A DNA stretch of 64,000 bases, from NCBI GenBank assembly GCA_018920345.1, contig JAHLMN010000009.1:23420-87419 (forward strand), given 5' to 3'. This DNA comes from Candidatus Aenigmatarchaeota archaeon (lineage in GTDB: Archaea; Aenigmatarchaeota; Aenigmatarchaeia; CG10238-14). The notes under the pieces are model-generated. The model saw only the letters and a list, made by a program, of their open reading frames with translations. It made no database searches and was not told where the DNA came from. The position numbers were made by a program, and so were the translations under genes. Position 1 is the first letter of the stretch; every line of letters starts with the position of its first letter. Positions 9,387-17,772 of the stretch are shown here, one piece after another.

Positions 9387-10208
9387 TTAAAACCTATACT
9401 TGTCTTGTAAATTTACTTTAGTTTTTGAAAAATAATATACAGCTCCACCTACAGCTGATAATATTATTATTATCAATATAATAATCCATCCAGAAAATCC
9501 TTTAGCCTTTACCTCTTCTATACAACTATTTCCTCTTCTACAATAATATTCATCATTTTCATCTTTACAACAAACATAACCAGTTTCACATTCAAGGTCT
9601 TTATATCCTCTTATTCCATCACAACATTGATAAGGACAATCTTTTAATGTAGTTGTGGTTGTTGAAGATGTGTTTCGAACAGTTGTAGAAGTTGTTGTAT
9701 TGAATAATAAAGATGAAGTTTGAAAAGTTGTTGTGCTATATGTCTGCGATTTACATTCGCATACACCTTCTTCTTTTAATACACAAATATTTTGACTTGA
9801 ACATTTTTCTGCAAAAGGACTAGAATTTTTCTGACATTTTTCTATTGTTTCATTCCATATACAAGCAGGTAATCTTTCAAGCAAAATATCTATTTGTTTT
9901 GATCTACTCATACCTTCGTCACAAATTGCAGTAGCATTTATTTTTGTTTTATCTACATTACATAAAACTAGATCTATTTCAACTTTGTTATCTTTTATTT
10001 TTGGATAGCATACAGGATTTACAGGTGATGAATAGTATAATGCCAAGTTTCCATTTGTACAATCACCTTCTATTTCGCATGTGCATTTCTCCCCTAACAA
10101 GCATTTCCAAGGTTCTTTGCTATCAAAATAACATGTTTTAATTTCTATTGCAAAAGATAGATTGACAAAAAACAAAAATATTAAAAGAAATGAAATTTTT
10201 TTCAACAT
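9387..10208 (-). CDS. Cys-rich secreted/surface protein with Ser/Thr linker and C-terminal TM anchor
   Basis: N-terminal signal peptide, about 26 Cys, a TTTSTTVRNTSSTTTTT linker and a C-terminal hydrophobic anchor (WIIILIIIILSAVGGAVYYF). Confidence 0.5.
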   Translation of the reverse strand: MLKKISFLLIFLFFVNLSFAIEIKTCYFDSKEPWKCLLGEKCTCEIEGDCTNGNLALYYSSPVNPVCYPKIKDNKVEIDLVLCNVDKTKINATAICDEGMSRSKQIDILLERLPACIWNETIEKCQKNSSPFAEKCSSQNICVLKEEGVCECKSQTYSTTTFQTSSLLFNTTTSTTVRNTSSTTTTTLKDCPYQCCDGIRGYKDLECETGYVCCKDENDEYYCRRGNSCIEEVKAKGFSGWIIILIIIILSAVGGAVYYFSKTKVNLQDKYRF

Positions 10209-11182
10209 TTAATTTCACCTACTTTCTTTGTTAAGATTAAGTTTTCTCCGTCAATTATATTTATTTTTATTTCCAAATTATTGTTTTCACAATCATTTAC
10301 ATTATTCAAATAAAATGTTTTTAAACCAATGAAATTTTTGTTTATATTTCCTGATGTTTTATAATATATGACCCCATCTTTATCATAAAACAATATAGAA
10401 ATTTGAACTTGTTTGTTTAAAACATTTCTAAATATTCTTATATTGCACTTGTTTGTATCACATATGGCTTGTTTTATACCTATGTCTTGAAGATTTATAC
10501 AATTAAAACTATCACAATCAAATGCCACATAATTTTGACAGTCTTCTTCGTCACATTTAATCTGGCAGCAATATTCTTTATTTGTGTTTGTCATATTTAT
10601 GCAAGCTTCATAAACTGAGCCACATTCATTGACTTGTGCGGAATCTGCAAAAGCTATTTGTATATAGCCTGTTTCTTCACAATATTTGTCTATATCTATA
10701 TTTTTTATCTCATCTACTTGTTTCGTATTTTGTAAATTACAATTTACATCACAATCCCTACATACTTCCTTTAGTTTTTCTCCATTTAGATAAATAGTAG
10801 AATATTCAAAACTTTTGTCGTAATCTCCTTTTAATTTTATTTTAATTAAATATGGGGATACTAATGTTGTAGTCGGGGTTGTTTGGGGGGTTGGAGTTGA
10901 TCGGGGGGTTGTTTGGGGGGTTGTTGAGGGTGGATTATAACTACAACTCTGACCTGTATTGTCTGTACATTTTCCATTCACACAACAATAACCACCGTCA
11001 ATAGGACCTTCACATTCATTTCCACAAGCGCCGCAATTTTCTCTATCATTATTTAAATTGGCACAATATGGTGTTGTTCTTTGAGTACATAAAGTATATC
11101 CAGTAGGACAATTTATTGAAGAATAAATTTCTGGTAAAAAAACTAAAAAACATATTAAAATTAAGATTAATTTAGAATTCAT
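10202..11182 (-). CDS. Cys-rich secreted protein with Pro/Thr-rich linker
   Basis: Signal peptide, many CxxC/CC pairs and a TTPQTTPRSTPTPQTTPTTT linker encoded by a tandem G-rich nucleotide repeat (10866-10930). Confidence 0.5.
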   Translation of the reverse strand: MNSKLILILICFLVFLPEIYSSINCPTGYTLCTQRTTPYCANLNNDRENCGACGNECEGPIDGGYCCVNGKCTDNTGQSCSYNPPSTTPQTTPRSTPTPQTTPTTTLVSPYLIKIKLKGDYDKSFEYSTIYLNGEKLKEVCRDCDVNCNLQNTKQVDEIKNIDIDKYCEETGYIQIAFADSAQVNECGSVYEACINMTNTNKEYCCQIKCDEEDCQNYVAFDCDSFNCINLQDIGIKQAICDTNKCNIRIFRNVLNKQVQISILFYDKDGVIYYKTSGNINKNFIGLKTFYLNNVNDCENNNLEIKINIIDGENLILTKKVGEIKC

Positions 11183-11317
11183 AAATTTAATTTGTTTTTA
11201 TAATTTAAATTTTTAAAATAAATGATATTAACAATCATCAAAAAATTATATTAAAATTATTTTAAATTTCCAAAAAAAGATAATAAATATTAAAAGTTTA
11301 ATATAATTTTAGATAGA

Positions 11318-11599
11318 ATGGAAATATTATTTAAAACAAAAAATATTGAACAAATTAAAAAAATAATACTAAATGATGATATTTTATCCAGAGCTAGTAT
11401 AATTTTTAAAGAATCTTCAACCCTTGGGGAAAAAGAAGGTTTTTACTATATTTTGTTTTCAGGTACGGATGAACAATGTAATAGAGCAAAAGATGTTCTA
11501 ACAGACAAAGCAGAAATTATAGATAATCATGAAATAATTAAAAAAATTAAAGAAGAGCAAGATAAAGCAGCAGAAGGATTTGGTGCTATTTTCGGTTAA
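11318..11599 (+). CDS. Hypothetical small protein ending in a ribosomal P-stalk-like tail (…AAEGFGAIFG)
   Basis: 93 aa. The C-terminus resembles the conserved stalk-protein tail (compare L12/P1 at 44601: …GLASLFG). Confidence 0.4.
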   Translation: MEILFKTKNIEQIKKIILNDDILSRASIIFKESSTLGEKEGFYYILFSGTDEQCNRAKDVLTDKAEIIDNHEIIKKIKEEQDKAAEGFGAIFG

Positions 11600-11654
11600 T
11601 AAAACGTTCAATAAAAAATATTAAAAATTATTCTACTAATGTTTTATAGCATAA

Positions 11655-11759
11655 GCGCTGGTAGTCTAGCCTGGTCTAGGATACGAAGCTTGAGCGTAGA
11701 ACCCTGCCAATAAGGCTAGCAGATCGGTCGCGACGCGGGTTCAAATCCCGCCCAGCGCA
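11655..11759 (+). tRNA. tRNA with intron(s); anticodon unresolved (CTGCCAA motif hints Gly-GCC)
   Basis: Acceptor GCGCTGG/CCAGCGC. D-arm TAGTCTAGCCTGGTCTAGGATA. T-arm GCGGG-TTCAAAT-CCCGC. The 105-nt length needs a roughly 30-nt intron. Confidence 0.55.
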
Positions 11760-11769
11760 TAAAAAAAAT

Positions 11770-12332
11770 CTAAAGTAAATTTCTAGGTAAAAAATAAATA
11801 TAAATAGCACTCGTAAAGGAAAATATTGACATAATTATGAACAAAACATCAAAACCAAATTTATATGCAATAAAACCACCCAATAAAGAACCTATTGCAA
11901 CTGAAAATCTTGAAGCAGCTTCCCATAAACCCCATTCTTTTCCAATTTTTTTTAATTGAGCATGTTTTGAATATAAAGCATCATAAGCAGGCCAGTACAA
12001 AGCCTCAGCAAAACCTATAAGAATTTGAACAAAAAACAAAGACCATATTGATTCAACAAAAACATATAATAAATAGCCTATTCCTACAAGAACATACCCT
12101 AACACTACTACAAGCTCGGGTTCTTTAATATTGTCTGTATACTTCCTGCAAAAATACTTGTTATTCCTGCTGCTAAGAAAAAAATGCTGTTTGTTATACT
12201 TGCATCTAAAAGATTACCTCCAACATCTTCAACAAATAAGGCATAAATAGGACCTAGCATTGCTCCTGCAATCATCACTAGTGAATTTGTAAAAAGAAGT
12301 ATTTTTATTGCTCTACTTGAAAAAATAGACAT
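11770..12332 (-). pseudogene. Half-size (6-TM) MFS-like transporter, apparently disrupted (two ORFs, 74 + 111 aa, joined by frameshift + stop)
   Basis: ORFs 12108-12332 and 11770-12105 are contiguous but out of frame (TAG, 2 nt, GTG). MFS-like TM segments (MLGPIYALFV, QILIGFAEALYWPAYDALY). Motif A is missing at the junction. A paralog sits at 44004. Confidence 0.4.
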
Positions 12333-12401
12333 AATAGATTTATTTTCTCTTTAAAATAAAAAACTTTAATTAAACAAAATTAATACTATTATTGAAAGAA
12401 T

Positions 12402-12863
12402 ATGGTTATTTTAAAAAAGAAGAAGGAAGAAATTATGGATTTTAAAGAAATAAAAGAAATTGTTGAAGATAAAGAAAAAAATGTTTTGTCAAAAACAGAA
12501 CAACCAAAGGAAATTCAGCAAATAGAAAAAAAAGGTGTTCCTTTATTTGTTAAACTAGACAAATACAAAAGTATACTAGATATACTCAATGACATGAAAT
12601 CAATATTATTTTTTGCAAAAAACACTATAAATGTTCAAAAGCAAATAGAAATGTTGCTAGAAGAAAACAAAAAATTACTAGAAGATGCTATAGCTAAACT
12701 AGATCAAAAGTTACTTTATCTTGAAAAAGAGCTTACAAAACCAGGTTTATATGAAACAAAAATAGAAGAGCAAAAAGAGGAAATAAAAGATTTTGATAAA
12801 GTGTTAGAAGATTTAAAGAAACAAATAGAATCTTTAAAAGGAGATTTAAAAAATATATCTTAA
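12402..12863 (+). CDS. Hypothetical coiled-coil protein
   Basis: 153 aa, Lys/Glu-rich heptad-like sequence. No recognisable domain. Confidence 0.35.
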   Translation: MVILKKKKEEIMDFKEIKEIVEDKEKNVLSKTEQPKEIQQIEKKGVPLFVKLDKYKSILDILNDMKSILFFAKNTINVQKQIEMLLEENKKLLEDAIAKLDQKLLYLEKELTKPGLYETKIEEQKEEIKDFDKVLEDLKKQIESLKGDLKNIS

Positions 12864-12892
12864 AAAGTCTTTTTCTATATATGTTTAAGAAT

Positions 12893-13012
12893 GCAGGAGT
12901 AGCCAAGTGGCCAAAGGCGGTAGAATCATTCCTTGAGCGCTGAACAAATGATGCCGAGGCTCAAGACCTACTCCCTTAGTGGGTTCGCAGGTTCGAATCC
13001 TGCCTCCTGCAA
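12893..13012 (+). tRNA. tRNA-Leu (CAA) with ~35-nt intron at a non-canonical position (within 5' anticodon stem)
   Basis: Acceptor GCAGGAG/CTCCTGC. D-arm GCCAAGTGGCCAAAGGC. Splicing gives GTAGG-CTCAAGA-CCTAC. Long variable arm CCCTTAGTGGG. T-arm GCAGG-TTCGAAT-CCTGC. Confidence 0.7.
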
Positions 13013-13051
13013 CTAATTTAAACTATATAATTCAATTATTAAGCTGATAGA

Positions 13052-13831
13052 ATGGTTAAGAAGACAGGAATACCAGAATATGGAGAAAATGTTCTAGTTA
13101 CTGTTAAAAGTATAACTCCTAACTCGGCTTTATGCAGTTTAGATGAATATAAAGGAATAGAAGGTATGATTCATGTTTCTGAGGTTGCAGGTAAATGGGT
13201 TAAGGATATAAAAAAATATGTAAAAATAGGCAAACAATATGTTGCCAAAGTCATAAACGTAGATCAAGATAAAAAATTTGTCTTTCTTAGCTTGAAAAGA
13301 CTTTCTAAAAGAGAAAAAGAATTAAAAATGGATGAAATAAAAAAAGAGCAAAAATCTGAAAAAATACTAAATCTTTTTGCAAAGAAAAAAGGAATTAGCT
13401 TAGAAAAAGCGTATGAACTAGTTGGTTTTAAACTACAAGAGATATATGGAGACATGTATGAAGGTTTTGAATATGCCTTGAAACAACCAGATCATCTAGA
13501 GAAGAATGGTATAAGCAAAGAGCTTGTAAAAGAGTTGGCCGAAGCTGCTCAAGAATTTATAAAGAAAAAAGAAGTGGAAATAAAGGCAGAAATTAGATTA
13601 AAATTTTTCACACCAAATGGTATAGAAAGGATAAAACAAGTATTATTAGAAATAAAGAATAAATATAATCTTAACATAAAGTATGTTAGTGCACCAAAGT
13701 ATCTTTTGGAAATTAAAACAAACAATCCAAAACAAATGCAAAAAGAATTAACAAGAATATTATCAGAAGAATTAAGTAAAGTAAAAGACGGTGAAACTGA
13801 GTTTGAGATAATAGGTAGAGAAAATGAATAG
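13052..13831 (+). CDS. eif2a: Translation initiation factor 2 alpha subunit (aIF2-alpha)
   Basis: N-terminal S1 domain (GENVLVTVKSI...GMIHVSEVAGKWVKDIKKYVKIGKQYVAKVI) followed by the eIF2-alpha helical and C-terminal domains. Confidence 0.85.
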   Translation: MVKKTGIPEYGENVLVTVKSITPNSALCSLDEYKGIEGMIHVSEVAGKWVKDIKKYVKIGKQYVAKVINVDQDKKFVFLSLKRLSKREKELKMDEIKKEQKSEKILNLFAKKKGISLEKAYELVGFKLQEIYGDMYEGFEYALKQPDHLEKNGISKELVKELAEAAQEFIKKKEVEIKAEIRLKFFTPNGIERIKQVLLEIKNKYNLNIKYVSAPKYLLEIKTNNPKQMQKELTRILSEELSKVKDGETEFEIIGRENE

Positions 13832-14633
13832 TGTTGAAATAAAACTAGTTGAAAAGATGCCAAAGTTAAATAATCCTATTTTTATCGAAGGTTTACCTGG
13901 TGTTGGTAATGTTGGTAGAATAGCCGCTGGTTATCTAGTTGAGCAACTAAAGGCAACAAAGTATGCTGATTTGCTTTCTTCTCACTTTTATCCTTTTGTA
14001 CTTTTACATCAGAGCTCTGCTGTACATGTACTTAAGAATGAATTTTATTATTGGAAAGCAAAAAAGAAGGGACAAAGAGATATGATAATATTAATAGGCG
14101 ACAGTCAGAGCATAGATCCTATTGGACATTATGAAATTGTAGATGCTATATTGGATTTTCTAGAAAAACAAAATGTAAAGGATATAATAACTATAGCTGG
14201 ATTAAGCGTAGGTAAACTTGATAAAGAGCCAAAGGTTATAGGAACTGTAAGTGAGCCGGAAGTGATCAAGCAATATTCTAAATACAATATAGATTTTGAG
14301 GCTGGAAGTAAGATAGGTACTATAGTTGGCGCGGCTGGTTTATTTCTTGGCTTGGGAAGATATAGAGGAATGAAAGGTTTATGTCTTCTAGGTGAAACTG
14401 CTGGATTACCAGAAATACCTGATCCTAAAAGCGCAGAGGCTGTGCTAAATGTACTTGTGAAGATATTGAATATAGATATTGATATGTCAAAACTAAAAGA
14501 AAAGATAAAAGAAATGGATAATTTCATGAAGAAAATAAACAAATATCAAGATAAAGCCCTGAAAGAATTATTGGCCCAAGAAATAGAAAAGGGTGAAAGA
14601 CCTAAAGATGATGAGTTAAGGTATATAGGTTAA
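13824..14633 (+). CDS. PAC2-family (proteasome assembly chaperone-like) protein
   Basis: IFIEGLPGVGNVGRIAAGYLVEQL N-terminal signature of the PAC2/archaeal Pba family. Confidence 0.55.
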   Translation: MNSVEIKLVEKMPKLNNPIFIEGLPGVGNVGRIAAGYLVEQLKATKYADLLSSHFYPFVLLHQSSAVHVLKNEFYYWKAKKKGQRDMIILIGDSQSIDPIGHYEIVDAILDFLEKQNVKDIITIAGLSVGKLDKEPKVIGTVSEPEVIKQYSKYNIDFEAGSKIGTIVGAAGLFLGLGRYRGMKGLCLLGETAGLPEIPDPKSAEAVLNVLVKILNIDIDMSKLKEKIKEMDNFMKKINKYQDKALKELLAQEIEKGERPKDDELRYIG

Positions 14634-14657
14634 ATTTTTATTTGTTTTTTTCCTATA

Positions 14658-15242
14658 GTGATAGGTATGACAGAACTCTTAATTGACAAAAAGGATTATT
14701 TGACAGCTGGCATTCACATAGGCATGAAGTCGAAAAATAAAGACATGAAAAGATTTATTTATAAAATAAGAGAAGATGGTTTGGCAATACTAAATCTAAA
14801 GGTAATAGATGAAAGAATAAAGATAGCTGGAGAGATGATGGCTAGAGCAAAAACAATTCTGGTTGTAGGTAGGAAAAGCAATACTTTTGATGCTTTGAAA
14901 AAATTTGCTGAAACTGTTGATGGTATAAATATTGTTACTGGTAGATTTATGCCAGGTACTTTGACTAATCCTAACTATAAAGAGTATGTTGAACCAGATT
15001 TAGTTGTTCTCACTGATCCACAAGCTGATTATCAAGCATTAAAAGAAGCAGCTGAAAGCAGAATACCTGTTATAGCTTTATGTGACACTTTTAATGAGAC
15101 AAAAAATGTTGATTTTGTCATACCATGCAACAATAAAGGTAAAAAATCTCTAGGAATTATATTCTGGTTGTTGGCAAAAATAATAAATGAAAAAAGAGGC
15201 AAAGAGTTCAAGGCAAAGATTGAAGATTTTGGTATTGAGTAG
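14658..15242 (+). CDS. rps2: 30S ribosomal protein S2
   Basis: LLAAGVHIG-like motif (YLTAGIHIGMKSKN) and PDLVVLTDP...IPVIALCDT signature. Confidence 0.85.
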   Translation: MIGMTELLIDKKDYLTAGIHIGMKSKNKDMKRFIYKIREDGLAILNLKVIDERIKIAGEMMARAKTILVVGRKSNTFDALKKFAETVDGINIVTGRFMPGTLTNPNYKEYVEPDLVVLTDPQADYQALKEAAESRIPVIALCDTFNETKNVDFVIPCNNKGKKSLGIIFWLLAKIINEKRGKEFKAKIEDFGIE

Positions 15243-15243
15243 C

Positions 15244-15588
15244 TTAGCGCATATACCAAAGTTTTGCTCCTTGATGTAAAACTTGAGATGCTGTTTCTAA
15301 TCCTGCTTTACTGAACTTGTATTTGTTTTCATTTGGCAAATAAACAATATAGCCATTTTTTATCAAGTCTTCTAGAGATGATTTTACTTGAATCTTTTTT
15401 CTCATGGCAAATCTCTTTATTAGTTGCTCTTCGGAAACAGCTGAATCTAGTGAACCCTTTGTAAAGACAAGCATAGCCAACAGTACAGTCTTATCTAATT
15501 CGTTCAGAAGCATACACATTATAGGTGCATAAGTTATATATAAAGCTTTCGGTTTTATTTTGAAAATAAATTTAATAGCAAAAAACAA
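15244..15588 (-). CDS. Putative winged-helix transcriptional regulator
   Basis: Small protein with an HTH-like LLNELDKTVLLAMLVFTKGSLDSAVSEEQLIKRFAM segment. Divergent from the paralogous membrane-protein array. Confidence 0.3.
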   Translation of the reverse strand: MFFAIKFIFKIKPKALYITYAPIMCMLLNELDKTVLLAMLVFTKGSLDSAVSEEQLIKRFAMRKKIQVKSSLEDLIKNGYIVYLPNENKYKFSKAGLETASQVLHQGAKLWYMR

Positions 15589-15597
15589 TTAATAATT

Positions 15598-16581
15598 ATG
15601 GCTTCTTTAGGTCAAATATGGACTTTTATTATTTTGATTTTATTGGCTTTTATCTTGCCAGTTATAATAATAGTGATAACAAGTGCAGGTGAAAATTTTT
15701 GGAATGTATTGAATGATTTAATAATGAAAGGGTTTTTATCTATATTGTTGTTAACATTTAGCGGCGGTCTTCTTCTATTAGGTGTAATAATTGCATATTC
15801 TCATCCAAGAATAGGGAAAATAATTTCATATGTAGGTATAGTAGGTGTTCTTTTAACTCTACTTTTCATTGAAGTTTCTGTAGTTGGTCTAACTGGAAAA
15901 AACAGATTGAAAAATGAATTTATATTTCAAGAATGTAAACAATTACCTGTTATTGTTGAAGATGTTTCTAGTCTACCTGATAGTCTTTCTTGCATTTTAA
16001 CTGGATATTTGCCTAAAAATTATTCCACTATCTATATTATTGGATATTGGATATTTGGTATAGCAATACCTTTGCTGATAACAAGTGGTATATTTTTGGA
16101 TTTAGTTCAAAGTTCAGGTATAATAACAAACAGAATGTCACAAAGACTCATTGGTTGGGGTTTAGGTTTTCTAGCTTATAGAGGCTTGGTCGTTTCTAAT
16201 TTAATATATATTATTGATTTTATTAGTGCAGGAATGGCGGTAATAGTTTTGAATTTTATTTTTGTTGGTGGTTTGTTAGCTTATACAAACAGAATTTTTA
16301 GCCAATGGAAATCTCTTGAAAATGCAATTGAATTTGGAAAAAGCATTCAAATAGCAAGAGTTAACTCAAAAAGAATTTTGGAAGAAGCGATAAAAAGATG
16401 TAGATCAGGTTCAGCAGTAAATGACGTTTATAATACTCTTATTAGTCCATTTGAAGCTGATCTTTCAACTGCAAGCAAAGAGGGTTGGTTAAAAATTCAA
16501 TCATCAAGAACAAAAAATCAACAAAATCCAAATCAATTTGTAAATGATTTGGAGAGAATTAAAAACAAATACTATGGATAA
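15598..16581 (+). CDS. Multi-TM membrane protein, uncharacterised family, paralog 1 of 4
   Basis: Shares C..SC[IA]LTGY[LM]P, DxVxxSG[IV], IGxGLGFxAYRG and LNFIxxGG motifs with ORFs at 16632, 17773 and 18680. Confidence 0.6.
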   Translation: MASLGQIWTFIILILLAFILPVIIIVITSAGENFWNVLNDLIMKGFLSILLLTFSGGLLLLGVIIAYSHPRIGKIISYVGIVGVLLTLLFIEVSVVGLTGKNRLKNEFIFQECKQLPVIVEDVSSLPDSLSCILTGYLPKNYSTIYIIGYWIFGIAIPLLITSGIFLDLVQSSGIITNRMSQRLIGWGLGFLAYRGLVVSNLIYIIDFISAGMAVIVLNFIFVGGLLAYTNRIFSQWKSLENAIEFGKSIQIARVNSKRILEEAIKRCRSGSAVNDVYNTLISPFEADLSTASKEGWLKIQSSRTKNQQNPNQFVNDLERIKNKYYG

Positions 16582-16631
16582 TTTTATTTTTTAAGTTATT
16601 TTTATAAAAATAAAAAAAATATATATAAACA

Positions 16632-17582
16632 ATGATTGATTGGTTAATTTTAATTGGAGCAATATTTTTACCTATTATCTTAATATTGGGTGCCCTTACT
16701 ATTTTTGCTAGTGTTACTGTGGTATCATCTATATTTTTTCTTTTAATTGGTTTTGCAATTTCAGGATTTATTATATTTATAGGTATGATGATAGCTCCAA
16801 TTCAACCCAAAATTGGAAGATATTTAGCATATGCTGGCGTGATTGGTATAATGATTTTATTACTAATTATAGAAGGCTCTATTATTGGTTTAAGTGGAGT
16901 TAATTTAGGTTATAAATTTGTAAAAGGTGGGTATAATTTATGGACAGAGTGTAAGCAACCAATAGAATCACTAGATGTTTTTTTGAGTTGTGCTTTAACA
17001 GGTCATCAGCCTCTTCCGACAGGAGTTAAAGATATATGGGGTTGGTTAGGAATTTATGGATTTTATATATTTGGTTTACTTGTTCCTTTATTTATACTAT
17101 CAGCTCTATTTGCTGACTTTGTAGAAACATCAGGTATCGTGAGTAATCGTACATATCAAAAAATAATAGGATTTGGTTTAGGTTTTATGGCGTATAGAGG
17201 TTTCATAGTAACTAGATTAATTTATATATTAGACATTGGTTCAGTAGGAATAGCTTTAATAGCTCTTAATTTTATTTGGTTAGGTGGAATTTTAGGTTAT
17301 ATTAAAAGATCTTTTGCCCAATTTAAATTGTTAGAAGCCGATATAGATTTAAGTACAGATATAGAAAAAGTAAAAAGATATTTAGTTTCAATAGCCAATA
17401 AATGGGAAAGTGTAGAAATGGTTGCGGCAAATCTTTCTGATCCAATTATTTTTAGAGATTTGCAGTTAGTTGTTGGTAATACTATGGCAGAACTTTTAAG
17501 GGATAAAAGCAGAAATATAAAAGATAGTAATGATATACCAAAATTTAGAGATGAATTCAAAAAAGCTATAATGAAATCTTGA
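16632..17582 (+). CDS. Multi-TM membrane protein, uncharacterised family, paralog 2 of 4
   Basis: Same conserved motifs (LSCALTGHQP, DFVETSGIVSN, IGFGLGFMAYRGF). Confidence 0.6.
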   Translation: MIDWLILIGAIFLPIILILGALTIFASVTVVSSIFFLLIGFAISGFIIFIGMMIAPIQPKIGRYLAYAGVIGIMILLLIIEGSIIGLSGVNLGYKFVKGGYNLWTECKQPIESLDVFLSCALTGHQPLPTGVKDIWGWLGIYGFYIFGLLVPLFILSALFADFVETSGIVSNRTYQKIIGFGLGFMAYRGFIVTRLIYILDIGSVGIALIALNFIWLGGILGYIKRSFAQFKLLEADIDLSTDIEKVKRYLVSIANKWESVEMVAANLSDPIIFRDLQLVVGNTMAELLRDKSRNIKDSNDIPKFRDEFKKAIMKS

Positions 17583-17772
17583 TTAATAGAAAAATAGTAA
17601 ATTTTTATTTTTTAATTCGAGATATATATTATATTTATGTCATTTATTTCAAAATTAATAAAATCTTTAAGTTATTTATTTTCAATAATTTTTCCTTTTA
17701 TTCTTATTTTTTTAATTATTTTTTCACTAATGTTTTTTTTATATAAAAAAAATATTACTTCTATAGTAAATA

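Noticed and set aside
10866-10930. G-rich tandem repeat (GGGGTTGTTTGGGGGGTTG…) considered as a possible CRISPR or regulatory repeat
   Set aside because: It lies inside an ORF and encodes the Pro/Thr linker of the Cys-rich protein in frame. No spacer-repeat periodicity of CRISPR type. No CRISPR array or cas gene seen anywhere in the window.
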